Both the position numbers and the translations under genes were made by a program. From an uncultured cyanobacterium (GTDB lineage: Bacteria > Cyanobacteriota > Cyanobacteriia > Cyanobacteriales > Cyanobacteriaceae): a stretch of 64,000 bases of DNA. Shown in pieces: positions 54,027 to 64,000 of this stretch (position 1 is the stretch's first letter; each line of letters starts with the position of its first letter). The stretch spans positions 1 through 64,000 of the forward strand of contig CAVVOP010000008.1 in the NCBI GenBank assembly GCA_963749915.1. Reading direction: 5' to 3'. The notes beneath the pieces are model-generated. The model did not search any database, had not been told where the DNA came from, and was given only the letters and a program-made list of their open reading frames with translations.

Positions 54027-56672
54027 ATGACTAATAACCCTCCTATTTTGACAGGTAATGAAATTAGAGATAAATTTTTAAGCTTTTTTGCAGAAAAACA
54101 ACACAAAATCTTATCTAGTGCCTCATTAGTACCCGAAGATCCCACTGTTTTATTGACGATCGCAGGAATGCTTCCATTTAAGCCGATTTTTTTAGGGCAA
54201 AAAACCCCTGATTATCCCCGTGTCACAACTTCTCAAAAGTGCATTCGTACTAATGATATTGAAAATGTCGGACGCACTGCCAGACATCATACTTTTTTCG
54301 AGATGTTGGGCAATTTTAGCTTTGGTGATTATTTTAAGTCACAGGCCATCGCATGGGGTTGGGAATTATCCACAGAAGTATTTAAACTACCTGCCGAGAG
54401 AATCGTTGTTAGTGTCTTTAAAGAAGATGACGAGGCTTTGGCGATATGGAGAGATGAAATAGGTCTCCCCGAAAAACGGATTATCCCCATGGGAGAAGAA
54501 GATAACTTCTGGAAATCGGGGGCAACTGGTCCCTGTGGTCCTTGTTCTGAGTTATACTATGATTTTAAGCCAGAATTAGGTGATGACAATATTGACTTGG
54601 AAGACCATAGCCGATTTATCGAGTTTTATAACTTGGTGTTTATGGAGTATAATCGAGACGCTGACGGTAATTTAACCCCTCTGCAAAACCGCAACATTGA
54701 TACTGGCATGGGGTTAGAAAGAATGGCGCAAATTCTCCAACAAGTACCTAATAACTACGAAACTGATTTGATTTTCCCTATCATCGCCGTGGCGGCGAAG
54801 TTGGCAAATATTGACTATCAAAAAGCCGATGAAAATACCAAAATATCATTAAAAGTTATCGGTGATCATGTGCGCTCTGTAGTTCAAATGATTGCTGACG
54901 GCATTTCTGCATCTAATATCGGGCGTGGTTATATTTTACGGCGGTTAATTCGCCGGGTGGTGCGTCATGGGCGTTTAATTGGCATTGACGGTAATTTTAT
55001 TAACGAGGTAGCAGAAGAGGCGATTCAGTTACTCGAAGGGGTTTATAGTAACACTAGAGAGCGAGAAAAGGTGATTAAAACCGAGTTGCAACGAGAAGAA
55101 TCGGCATTTTTAGCTACCCTTGAAAGAGGAGAAAAATTACTCAACGAAGTGATTATAAAACTCAAAAGTAAGCAAAAAACCCAAATTTCAGGTGCTGATG
55201 CTTTCACTTTATACGATACCTATGGTTTCCCCCTCGAATTAACTCAAGAAATTGCTGAAGAAGAAGGTTTAACCGTTGATGTGTCAGAATTTGAAGCGGA
55301 AATGGAAGCTCAAAGAGTGCGATCGCAATCCGCCCATGAAACCATCGATTTAACTGTACAAGGTAGCATAGATAAATTGGCCGAGCATATTCACCCGACG
55401 GAGTTTTTAGGTTATCAAGAATATCAGTTAATTAGTCACATTGAGGCGTTATTGGTGGGTGGCAAATCCGTAGAAAAAGCCAAATCAGGAAGTAAAATTC
55501 AGTTAATCCTCAACAAAACTCCATTTTATGCTGAATCTGGCGGGCAAATTGGCGATAAGGGCTATTTAGCTGGGGAAAATGTATTAATTTCTATTACCGA
55601 TGTACAGAAAGAATCGGGGTTTTTCGTTCATTATGGTATCGTCGAAAGGGGTACGGTTGAAGTAGGGCAAAAGTTACGAGCTACCATTGACAAGGCATCT
55701 CGTAATCGAATCAAAGCCAATCACACCGCTACTCATTTATTACAATCGGCGTTGAAAAAAATTGTCATTGATTCTATCTCCCAAGCTGGTTCATTAGTAT
55801 CCTTCGACAAATTACGATTTGACTTTAACTGCCCTCAAGCCGTTACTAAAGCCCAATTACAGCAAGTAGAGGACTTAATTAATACATGGATAGCTGAAGC
55901 CCATGATACTCGTGTTTCTGTAATGGCATTGGAAGAAGCTAAGCAAAAAGGTGCGATCGCCATGTTTGGGGAAAAATACGGCTCACAAGTCAGAGTCATA
56001 GACGTGTCGGGAGTATCAATGGAATTGTGCGGCGGCACTCATGTTAATAATACTGCTGAAATTGGCTTGTTTAAAATCATCTCGGAAACGGGCATTTCTT
56101 CAGGGGTAAGACGCATTGAAGCGGTGGCTGGTGCTTCTGTTTTAGAATATCTCAAAGTGCGGGATGATGTGGTCAAAGAATTATGCGATCGTCTCAAAGC
56201 GAAACCAGAGGAGATTCCTGAGCGTTTTTCTAATCTTCAAAGTGAATTAAAAGCCACCCAAAAAGAATTAGAAAATCTTCAACAAGAGTTAGCCTTACTC
56301 AAATCCGAGAGTTTAATTAATGAGGCAGAAACCATAGGCGAATTTAAAATTTTGGTGGCAAATATGGGGGAATTAGATGCTAAATCTTTGCAAACTGCAG
56401 GGGAAAGATTACAACAAAAATTAGGAGAAAGTGCCGTAATTTTAGCCTCTATTCCCGAAGTTGGAAAAGTAAGTTTAGTCGCCGCTTTTAGTGAAAAAAT
56501 TTATCAGGAGAAAAAACTTTTAGCAGGAAAATTCATCAGTGAAATTGCCAAAATTTGTGGCGGTGGCGGTGGTGGAAAACCTAGTCTTGCCCAAGCAGGA
56601 GGTAAAGATACCAGTAAATTAAATGAGGCTTTAACTACTGCAAAAAATAAATTAATTGAGGTTTTAGGTTAA
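54027..56672 (+). CDS. alaS: Alanine--tRNA ligase
   Basis: RHHTFFEMLGNFSFGDYFK, HTATHLL and ELCGGTH. Confidence 0.98.
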   Translation: MTNNPPILTGNEIRDKFLSFFAEKQHKILSSASLVPEDPTVLLTIAGMLPFKPIFLGQKTPDYPRVTTSQKCIRTNDIENVGRTARHHTFFEMLGNFSFGDYFKSQAIAWGWELSTEVFKLPAERIVVSVFKEDDEALAIWRDEIGLPEKRIIPMGEEDNFWKSGATGPCGPCSELYYDFKPELGDDNIDLEDHSRFIEFYNLVFMEYNRDADGNLTPLQNRNIDTGMGLERMAQILQQVPNNYETDLIFPIIAVAAKLANIDYQKADENTKISLKVIGDHVRSVVQMIADGISASNIGRGYILRRLIRRVVRHGRLIGIDGNFINEVAEEAIQLLEGVYSNTREREKVIKTELQREESAFLATLERGEKLLNEVIIKLKSKQKTQISGADAFTLYDTYGFPLELTQEIAEEEGLTVDVSEFEAEMEAQRVRSQSAHETIDLTVQGSIDKLAEHIHPTEFLGYQEYQLISHIEALLVGGKSVEKAKSGSKIQLILNKTPFYAESGGQIGDKGYLAGENVLISITDVQKESGFFVHYGIVERGTVEVGQKLRATIDKASRNRIKANHTATHLLQSALKKIVIDSISQAGSLVSFDKLRFDFNCPQAVTKAQLQQVEDLINTWIAEAHDTRVSVMALEEAKQKGAIAMFGEKYGSQVRVIDVSGVSMELCGGTHVNNTAEIGLFKIISETGISSGVRRIEAVAGASVLEYLKVRDDVVKELCDRLKAKPEEIPERFSNLQSELKATQKELENLQQELALLKSESLINEAETIGEFKILVANMGELDAKSLQTAGERLQQKLGESAVILASIPEVGKVSLVAAFSEKIYQEKKLLAGKFISEIAKICGGGGGGKPSLAQAGGKDTSKLNEALTTAKNKLIEVLG

Positions 56673-56760
56673 TTAAGATTAATTCGGCTAGTTTTATAGA
56701 TGTTACTTTTTAGATTACGCTCTTGCTAACCGATGTTCAAAAATTTATTTAACAAATATA

Positions 56761-57348
56761 ATGACTAATTTTATTGACATTTTAAACCAAGCCGTTAACG
56801 ATAAAAATTCATACCCAAAAGGTCAAGTATTAGTTGAGGCTTTATTAGCGGCTGAAAAACATAGCCATCAACGTAAATCACAATATCAATTTGAGCAATT
56901 AAAAGGATGTTGGCAATTACATTTTATTACAGGAACAAAAAACAGTCAAAAAAAATTTGGTAATATTCTCGGTGGTGGTTTTTATATTCCTTCTATTTTT
57001 AAAATTATTATCTCTTATTCAGCTATTGGAAATTTAGAAAAATCTCTTAATCAAGGAAGAATTGAAAACATAGTAAAATTTGGATTAGTAAAGTTTTGCG
57101 TCGATGGACCTTGTAAATTTATTTGCAAAAAAAATATCATGGCTTTTGATTTTACTTATTTAAAAATGTGGATTTTAGATGTAAAAATTTATGAAATGAA
57201 CATCAGAAATGGTAGGAATAGCGAAGCCAATTTTTATGAAACAAATATTAATCGACAAGCCTTTTTTAGTTACTTTTATGTCACCGAAAATGTAATTGCC
57301 GCTAGAGGTAGAGGGGGAGGTTTAGCATTGTGGAAGAAAGTAAATTAG
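56761..57348 (+). CDS. Conserved hypothetical protein (PAP/fibrillin-like)
   Basis: LKGCWQLHF, FDFT and IAARGRGGGLALW. Confidence 0.65.
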   Translation: MTNFIDILNQAVNDKNSYPKGQVLVEALLAAEKHSHQRKSQYQFEQLKGCWQLHFITGTKNSQKKFGNILGGGFYIPSIFKIIISYSAIGNLEKSLNQGRIENIVKFGLVKFCVDGPCKFICKKNIMAFDFTYLKMWILDVKIYEMNIRNGRNSEANFYETNINRQAFFSYFYVTENVIAARGRGGGLALWKKVN

Positions 57349-57406
57349 TTAAAACTGGAAGAACTAATATAATTGATGTGGCACTCGTGAATAAATTGAT
57401 TTTATT

Positions 57407-57817
57407 ATGTTGAAATTAATATCATTTTCTAGTACAATTTCCTTATTTATTTTATTAATAAGTAGCTTAAATTTAACGGTTTTTTCTATACCCGATAATA
57501 TTAATAATTCCTCTCCCCCCTTAACCAAGGAAACAGGATGGAGTGTTTGGCAACCTTGGGTAGATTTCCCTTTTGAGACAATTGAGGTGGGGCTTTCTAA
57601 TACGGATTTAGGCGGAATGATAGATTTTGAATATGATTGTTTTGGTTCAGCAGGGGATGAAAATGATACTCTTAAACAAGAAACTTATTGGTATCGTATC
57701 GCCGATAAAATTGAGAAAATTGGACAGGACAAATATGTCACCATAGAAGTTGGTTGCTGGCTAAATGATGATTTTAAATCAACTACGACTTTGATGGGAA
57801 TTATTAATAATAAATAA
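57407..57817 (+). CDS. Hypothetical exported protein
   Basis: 136-aa ORF with a signal-peptide-like N-terminus. Confidence 0.6.
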   Translation: MLKLISFSSTISLFILLISSLNLTVFSIPDNINNSSPPLTKETGWSVWQPWVDFPFETIEVGLSNTDLGGMIDFEYDCFGSAGDENDTLKQETYWYRIADKIEKIGQDKYVTIEVGCWLNDDFKSTTTLMGIINNK

Positions 57818-58002
57818 TGGTTCATTAATAATTAAGTTTATTTTCAATTTAATACTGCTTACTATATTGCTGCTTATTCCCTGTTCCCCACGTGGGACTA
57901 TAAAATAGACTGAAACTATTTGGTATTAATTGATTTATAGATAATCATTAAGAAATGTTTAAGATCTTTGAAAATAGGTACTTAATGTTAAATAATAAAA
58001 TT

Positions 58003-58021
58003 ATTGAGAAAAATAATCAAT
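58003..58021. promoter_or_regulatory. Candidate Fur box
   Basis: 19-bp imperfect palindrome ATTGAGAAAAATAATCAAT, 21 bp upstream of feoA. Confidence 0.65.
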
Positions 58022-58042
58022 AGTATCGGGGAAAATTAGACA

Positions 58043-58657
58043 ATGATGAGATCTGGTAATATCAATAAAACACATATACAGAAATTTTCTTATTGGGGTG
58101 AAAAATCCAATTTAGAAGATGATACAACGACGACCTTAGATCAAAAATTTCCAACTTCTAGCTATCCTCTTTCTCAAGCTAAACTCGGTGTTACAGTGTG
58201 GGTTGTCGGATTTACAGGCGGGGGAGGAACTAATCGACTATTAGGTATGGGTTTAATTCCGGGTACGAAACTTCAAATTATTAATGTACAACCTAGTGGT
58301 TCGGTAATGATCGCAATTCAAGATCAAAGAATGGGTATCGGGGCAGGTATGGCACAGAAAATTTTAGTTAGTAATGAGCCTTTATTCAATCAAGAGAAAA
58401 ATTTGATGACAAATGCAACGAGAGTTTATTTACGAGAAATGGTAAGCGGTACGGTAGGACGTGTTTTAGGTTATGAAAAAACCATGAGAGGTTATAAGGC
58501 TAAATTATTATCAATGGGGTTAACGCCTTCCACAGAATTTACCGTAATTAGGGTAGCACCTTTAGGAGATCCCATCGAAATTAAAGTTAGAGATTTTCAT
58601 TTAAGTTTGCGTAAACGAGAAGCTGACACTTTAATAGTAGAAATTATTAATAGTTAA
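58043..58657 (+). CDS. feoA: Ferrous iron transport protein A with two FeoA domains
   Basis: RLLGMGLIPG... and KLLSMGLTP...APLGDPIEI..LSLRKREA. Confidence 0.9.
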   Translation: MMRSGNINKTHIQKFSYWGEKSNLEDDTTTTLDQKFPTSSYPLSQAKLGVTVWVVGFTGGGGTNRLLGMGLIPGTKLQIINVQPSGSVMIAIQDQRMGIGAGMAQKILVSNEPLFNQEKNLMTNATRVYLREMVSGTVGRVLGYEKTMRGYKAKLLSMGLTPSTEFTVIRVAPLGDPIEIKVRDFHLSLRKREADTLIVEIINS

Positions 58658-58753
58658 TAGTTAATAGTTAACAGCCATGAAACAACCTTTTTCAATAGTT
58701 AATAAGTATTTTTACTTGTTATCTTGACCATTAACCATCAACAAAATAAAAGT

Positions 58754-61081
58754 ATGCTAAAACCAATTATAGGACTTATAGGTAATCCCAATTGCGGAAA
58801 GACCACCCTTTTTAATGCCTTAACGGGTGCAAATCAACGCACAGGAAACTGGCCCGGTGTTACAGTCGATCGCAAAGAAGGTAAATTTAATCATCAAGGT
58901 AAAGAAATTACTGTAGTGGATTTACCCGGAGTTTACTCTTTAGATGTGGATGACCAAGAAACGGGGTTAGATGAATTAGTAGCAAGAGACTATTTACTTT
59001 CAGGAGAAGCGAATTTAATTATTAATATTGTCGATGCTTCTAATTTAGAACGTAATCTCTATTTAACAACTCAAATCATGGAGATGCACTTACCCATGGT
59101 AATTGCCTTGAATATGATGGACGTTGCCGAAAAAAGAGGGATTTCTATTGATACCAATTTACTCAGAGAAAGATTAGGTTGTCGAGTAGTTTCTATCAGT
59201 GCAGTTAATGGGCAAGGTATCAAAGAATTAATTAATGTTATTGCCGAAGAAGTTCAGAATTTGACCAATTCAGTTTCCTATATAGCTTATCCAGCGGTAA
59301 TTGAGGAGGCTTTAGAAGAATTAGTTTCTTACATCACTGAAAATAGCACAAAACGGATTGTTGAGCCTCGTTGGACGGCTTTAAGTTTATTACAGTATGA
59401 AGATCGGGGTATTGAAAATTTAGGTGGGGAAGAATTACCCTCCCTAATCGCTAAACATCGTCGTCAAATTCATCAAGTACTAGGTGACGACATTGATATT
59501 ATGATTGCCGATAGTCGTTATGGTTTTATTCAGCAACTTACCCAAGGAGCGACGGGGCGACAGGGTGAAATTAGTAGTAACTTATCCGATCGTTTAGATC
59601 AAATTGTACTCCATCGTTGGTGGGGTGTTCCCATTTTTTTCGGTGTGATGTATCTTATGTTTCTCTTTACCATTAACGTTAGTGCAGCATTTATCGACTT
59701 TTTTGACATGACTGCCGCTACTATCTTTGTCGATGGTTTAGCTCATGTTTTACAGGGCATTAATACTCCCGGATGGTTAATTGCTTTACTCGCTGATGGT
59801 GCTGGGGGCGGTATTCAAACCGTAGCCACTTTTATTCCCGTAATTGGCTTTATGTTTTTATTTCTTTCCATTTTGGAAGACTCTGGTTATATGGCACGGG
59901 CGGCTTTTGTTATGGATAGATTAATGCGATTAGTCGGGCTTCCGGGAAAATCTTTTGTGCCAATGTTGGTGGGGTTTGGCTGTAACGTACCTGCAATCAT
60001 GGCAACTCGTACCCTCGAAAATTCTCGCGATCGCCTAATGACGGTAATGATGAATCCTTTTATGTCATGTGGTGCAAGGCTTCCCGTTTATGCACTGTTT
60101 GCGGCGGCTTTTTTCCCTATAGGTGGACAAAATATTGTCTTTGGATTGTACATATTGGGTATTGTCGCCGCTATTTTTACGGGAATAGTGATGAAAAATA
60201 CCTTACTCAAAGGAGAAATTAGTCATTTTGTCATGGAATTACCGCCTTATCATTTACCCCGTGTTAAAGGTGTGTTAATTAGGACATGGGATCGATTAAA
60301 AGCCTTTTTATGGAAAGCAGGGCGAGTAATTATTTTGATGGTGATGGTTTTAGGCTTGTTAAATTCTGTCAGTTTTGATGGCTCTTTTGGCAACCAAGAT
60401 ACCAAAAATTCGGTTTTAAGTGTTACTTCCGAAGCTGTCACTCCTATATTTTCACCCATGGGATTAACTCAAGAAAATTGGGCGGCAACGGTGGGAATTT
60501 TCACGGGAGTTTTTGCGAAAGAAGCCATGGTAGGAACTTTAGATTCCCTTTACAGTCAATTAGCAAAAGAAGATAATGCCGATGAGGAAGCGAAAATAGA
60601 TGAATATAGCTTCTGGGGAGGTATAAAAGATGCTTTTGCCACGATTCCTGCGAATTTAGCTGATTTACCATCTCAATTACTCGATCCTTTAGGCTTAAGT
60701 ATTGCTAATAGTGAAAACATCGAAACCGCCGCCGAAGAACAAGAAGTCGATAAAGGCACTTTTGGAGCAATGGTGAAGCGTTTTAATGGACAAGCTGGGG
60801 CTTTTGCTTATCTTTTATTTGTTTTGCTCTATTTTCCTTGCGTTTCCGCTACTGCGGCGGTTTATCGTGAAACTAATTTATGGTGGACAGTTTTTGTCGC
60901 CGCATGGACTACTGGTATGGCTTATTGGGTAGCAACGATGTTTTATCAGGTAGCGACTTTTTCTCAACATCCCAGTTTTTCACTGACATGGATTGTGGCA
61001 ATGAGTCTAATTTTAGTAGGAGTGTTATTTAGTCTTAGTCAAATTCGCCCTATTAAAACCGTCAAAAAGGCTATTGTTTAG
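58754..61081 (+). CDS. feoB: Ferrous iron transporter B
   Basis: GNPNCGKT, NWPGVTV, DLPG, LEDSGYMAR and PFMSCGARLP. Confidence 0.97.
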   Translation: MLKPIIGLIGNPNCGKTTLFNALTGANQRTGNWPGVTVDRKEGKFNHQGKEITVVDLPGVYSLDVDDQETGLDELVARDYLLSGEANLIINIVDASNLERNLYLTTQIMEMHLPMVIALNMMDVAEKRGISIDTNLLRERLGCRVVSISAVNGQGIKELINVIAEEVQNLTNSVSYIAYPAVIEEALEELVSYITENSTKRIVEPRWTALSLLQYEDRGIENLGGEELPSLIAKHRRQIHQVLGDDIDIMIADSRYGFIQQLTQGATGRQGEISSNLSDRLDQIVLHRWWGVPIFFGVMYLMFLFTINVSAAFIDFFDMTAATIFVDGLAHVLQGINTPGWLIALLADGAGGGIQTVATFIPVIGFMFLFLSILEDSGYMARAAFVMDRLMRLVGLPGKSFVPMLVGFGCNVPAIMATRTLENSRDRLMTVMMNPFMSCGARLPVYALFAAAFFPIGGQNIVFGLYILGIVAAIFTGIVMKNTLLKGEISHFVMELPPYHLPRVKGVLIRTWDRLKAFLWKAGRVIILMVMVLGLLNSVSFDGSFGNQDTKNSVLSVTSEAVTPIFSPMGLTQENWAATVGIFTGVFAKEAMVGTLDSLYSQLAKEDNADEEAKIDEYSFWGGIKDAFATIPANLADLPSQLLDPLGLSIANSENIETAAEEQEVDKGTFGAMVKRFNGQAGAFAYLLFVLLYFPCVSATAAVYRETNLWWTVFVAAWTTGMAYWVATMFYQVATFSQHPSFSLTWIVAMSLILVGVLFSLSQIRPIKTVKKAIV

Positions 61082-61091
61082 GGAATAAAAA

Positions 61092-61313
61092 ATGATTTTA
61101 ACAGACATACAAAATTATTTAATTAAACACCGTAAAGCATCTTTAGAAGAGTTAGCTATGTATGCTCATTCTGATGCTGATGCTATTCGTCTGATGTTAA
61201 ACCGTCTTATTCGCAAAGGAAGAGTGAGACAAATCGAGGGCAAAAAATGTGGCGGTTGTCATAGTTGTAATCCTGAATCCGTAGAATTTTATGAATGGAC
61301 GATGGATAATTGA
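61092..61313 (+). CDS. feoC: FeoC-like protein
   Basis: Winged-helix pattern LIRKGRV and CGGCHSC; follows feoB. Confidence 0.85.
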   Translation: MILTDIQNYLIKHRKASLEELAMYAHSDADAIRLMLNRLIRKGRVRQIEGKKCGGCHSCNPESVEFYEWTMDN

Positions 61314-61450
61314 GTAATTTGTTTAGCAAACCAACTGGCAACACTATCGTTAGCCAAATTTGCCCAATAGAGTCCAAAGAGTCTAAGATAGTTTAATTAT
61401 TAACTTTTAATTTATTCTGTTAAAATAACAAAGGAGATTTAAAATTGACC

Positions 61451-62131
61451 ATGACCAATAATTTACCCTCTCAGCAACAAGTTGCTAATGTCACCTCTTC
61501 ACCAGAAAAACCTCCCACAATCGAGGAAATGGGTGTTAATATGCCGGAAGAAATAGATAGATTAGAAGATTTAATACTCAATGGTACTAGTATCCCTTTT
61601 ACGGGTAAAACTTTGATCGATGAAGAGCCATTGATTAATCAACTAGACTTAATCAGAATTAATATTCCTGATTGTTTACAACAGGCAACTCAACTATTGC
61701 AACAAAGAGAGCAAATTCTTTCAGAGGCTCAAAACTATGCTCAAAAAATTGTTGAAAATGCCCAAAGAAAGGCGGCTCAATTATTGGATGATTCTCGGAT
61801 AGTTCAACAAGCTGAAAGTCAGGCTCATCAAATTAGAAGACAAGTACAACAAGACTGCGAAAATTTACAACGGAAAACCATTGCTGAAGTAGAACAAATT
61901 AGACAAAAAATTCAACAAGAAGCCATTAAAACTCGGCAACAAGCTATTCTGGAAGCCGAAGAGATTCAAAACGAAGCTGATATTTATGCTGACTCGGTGT
62001 TATGTAAACTGGAGAAAGATCTTAGTGATATGTTAAGAGTTGTGAATAATGGTCGTCAACAAGTTCATAATCAAAAACTTATTCCCCAGCCTCGTCAGCA
62101 GGATATGATCATCACCAAAAAAGCTTCTTGA
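61451..62131 (+). CDS. cdv3: DivIVA-like cell division protein (Cdv3)
   Basis: LEDLIL..IPFTGKTLIDEE, long coiled coil and ADIYADSVL...NGRQ. Confidence 0.75.
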   Translation: MTNNLPSQQQVANVTSSPEKPPTIEEMGVNMPEEIDRLEDLILNGTSIPFTGKTLIDEEPLINQLDLIRINIPDCLQQATQLLQQREQILSEAQNYAQKIVENAQRKAAQLLDDSRIVQQAESQAHQIRRQVQQDCENLQRKTIAEVEQIRQKIQQEAIKTRQQAILEAEEIQNEADIYADSVLCKLEKDLSDMLRVVNNGRQQVHNQKLIPQPRQQDMIITKKAS

Positions 62132-62179
62132 TACTTCAACTCTTCCACCTACTGTATAAATCTTTGATGAAGAACTGAC

Positions 62180-63325
62180 TTATTTTCCCAAGGCCAGAAT
62201 AACATTTTGTCCCCCAAATCCAAAGCTAAAACAAAGCATTTTATTTAACTTATAGTTACTTGATTCTTGGCAAAAATTAAGGTCAAAATCCAGTGGTGAT
62301 AAGCTGATATTCGGTAACAATATCTGTTTTTCTAAAGACATCAAACTTAGAACCGTAGCCATAGCACCCGAAGCACCTAATGTATGACCTGTCGCTCCCT
62401 TGGTGGAACTTATCTTGGGGGCGTCATTGAATAATTCATAAATAATTTTAGCTTCTCTGTGGTCATTAAGAATTGTACCTGTACCATGAGCATGAATATA
62501 ATCTATCTCTTTTGGATGTAACCCGGCACGACTTAAACATTGTTGAATCGTTTTCATGGCTGTTTTTCCCTCTGGAGAAGGGGATGTCATGGCATGGGCA
62601 TCACAACTCATACCCCATGCGAGAATCTCACCGTAGATTTTAGCTGTACGACTTCGGGCTAATTCTTCAGTTTCTAATATTAACATTGCCCCTCCTTCCC
62701 CTAACACAAATCCGTCTCTTTTGGTTGCAAACGGGTAACATCCGTTATTACCTAACGCTTTCATTTGCCTAAATCCGGCGATAGTTAAAGGAGTTATGGG
62801 GGTTTCCACTGCCCCGACTATGACTCTTTTACATTTTTTTTGTTTAATTAGTTCATATCCTTGGGCGATCGCCACTAATCCCGTCGCACAGGCATTGGCA
62901 GGAGACAACACCGCCGCGGAAGTTTGAACATAATTGGCGACAATAACAGCAGGTTGATGGGGCAAAGTTTGTAACCAGGAAGGAGAAAAATGTTGAATTT
63001 TATCTAAATTTGATGAAGATAAGGTCGATAAAAAAACCTCCCACTGACTTTGACAACTACGACTTGAACCAATAACCACTGCCGTATCATGTAAGGGGGG
63101 AGAAATATTCCCATCTGAACAAACATCGTCAATTAATTGGGCCGTCAGATCAGATATAAAACAAGGCTGAGAATTAATTAATGCTAAGGGTAAAGGAGGA
63201 AAATAATCGAAGGGCTGACTAAGTTTTATACCGGAAATCCCTTTAATAATAACCTCCCAAGTCGCATTTTTATCCCCCAAGCAACTAATAAGACTAATAC
63301 CTGTAACAACAACTTTAACCATCAA
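62180..63325 (-). CDS. Beta-ketoacyl-ACP synthase (FabF-like paralogue)
   Basis: ACATG, HAHGTGT, KGATGHTLGA and FSFGFGGQN. Confidence 0.9.
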   Translation of the reverse strand: MMVKVVVTGISLISCLGDKNATWEVIIKGISGIKLSQPFDYFPPLPLALINSQPCFISDLTAQLIDDVCSDGNISPPLHDTAVVIGSSRSCQSQWEVFLSTLSSSNLDKIQHFSPSWLQTLPHQPAVIVANYVQTSAAVLSPANACATGLVAIAQGYELIKQKKCKRVIVGAVETPITPLTIAGFRQMKALGNNGCYPFATKRDGFVLGEGGAMLILETEELARSRTAKIYGEILAWGMSCDAHAMTSPSPEGKTAMKTIQQCLSRAGLHPKEIDYIHAHGTGTILNDHREAKIIYELFNDAPKISSTKGATGHTLGASGAMATVLSLMSLEKQILLPNISLSPLDFDLNFCQESSNYKLNKMLCFSFGFGGQNVILALGK

Positions 63326-63362
63326 AAACCATTAGCAATCCTTCATTAACAGGCAACCATCC

Positions 63363-63458
63363 TAGTACTCTGATATTTTTAATTCGAGGGATAGGATTAT
63401 TCTCCAAAATCCAAAATTATCCTAACCAGTTCCTCAATATAAAGTTGTCAGAGTACTA
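63363..63458. mobile_element. 96-bp MITE
   Basis: Inverted ends (CC)TAGTACTCTGA / TCAGAGTACTA(GG); the 18-bp right end recurs exactly at 49475-49492. Confidence 0.7.
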
Positions 63459-63484
63459 GGGGCAATGTATTCTGTGCCTATAAA

Positions 63485-64000
63485 CTACTTTTTCAGATTC
63501 TCTCCCCCAGCAATCACCTCCGCTGTGTCAATTCGATCGCCTTGTTTAATTTTTTCGACTATATCCATACCTTCAGTAACTTTACCAAACACAGCATAAC
63601 TACCGTCAAGGAAAGGTAAATCCGCTAAAGTAAAATAAAACTGAGAGGAAGCAGAATCAGGACTTTGAGATCTAGCCATCGCGATTACACCATAATCATG
63701 TTTTAACTGTGGTGGTTGCTCAATGGTGGTGCTATAAATAATTTCAGGTGGTTTAACGTCTTTTTTCGTTTCCTCATACTGGGGACGGATTTCTAAAGGA
63801 ATATAACGTTGCTTTTGAGTTTGGGGATCATTATAACCGCCAGTACCTAAAGAAGAAACGGGAAAATTAGGGTTTTTGCCTTGAGGATCCCCACCTTGTA
63901 CTACGAAGGGAGCTGGATCTTTAACCACTCGGTGAAAAACTAGACCATTATAAATTCCTTTTTGGACTAAATCAACAAAATTACCCGCCGTAATTGGAGC
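63485..64000 (-). CDS. Cyclophilin-type peptidyl-prolyl isomerase (5' end outside the window)
   Basis: [37 protein letters not shown] and YAVFG. Confidence 0.93.
   Translation of the reverse strand, partial: APITAGNFVDLVQKGIYNGLVFHRVVKDPAPFVVQGGDPQGKNPNFPVSSLGTGGYNDPQTQKQRYIPLEIRPQYEETKKDVKPPEIIYSTTIEQPPQLKHDYGVIAMARSQSPDSASSQFYFTLADLPFLDGSYAVFGKVTEGMDIVEKIKQGDRIDTAEVIAGGENLKK

Noticed and set aside
58043..58657. Tandem FeoA fusion as a novelty
   Set aside because: Multi-domain FeoA proteins are known, and the feoABC operon with a Fur box is ordinary.
1..64000. CRISPR array, tRNA or rRNA genes
   Set aside because: No regularly spaced repeat-spacer units or cloverleaf/rRNA signatures were seen by eye. 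The repeats present are short tandem repeats or element ends.

Overview
AT-rich cyanobacterial chromosome segment, likely Geminocystis/Cyanobacterium-like. The evidence is psbM, the ndh genes, scattered HIP1 GCGATCGC octamers and heptamer tandem repeats; the taxon is inferred. Most of the window (10.9-46.8 kb and 49.9-64 kb) is intact housekeeping DNA: ndhI-G-E, ndhB, psbM, queG, rpe, pheA, ndbB, sdhA, rplJ-rplL, pgm, glcF, rsmH, fcl, alaS, feoABC, cdv3 and a fabF-like gene. Two accessory zones stand out. Zone 1 (1-8.9 kb) holds a decayed Nrs/Czc-type metal-efflux plus RppA/RppB two-component island, a heptamer-flanked four-helix-bundle remnant, a plasmid-like structured segment, an IS4 and a parB fragment. 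It abuts an orphan, frameshifted dndD (DNA phosphorothioation ATPase). Zone 2 (46.8-49.9 kb) is a nested insertion-sequence graveyard: two near-identical 254-bp IS1634-type MITEs in inverted orientation enclose an IS1 and fragments of a DUF86/HepT toxin and a membrane-protein gene. No CRISPR array, tRNA or rRNA was seen, and I found no complete, clearly novel system. The best leads are the orphan frameshifted dndD behind ndhIGE, the inverted-MITE composite, a probable AUA start for rplJ, and a GC-rich convergent esterase/acyltransferase pair.
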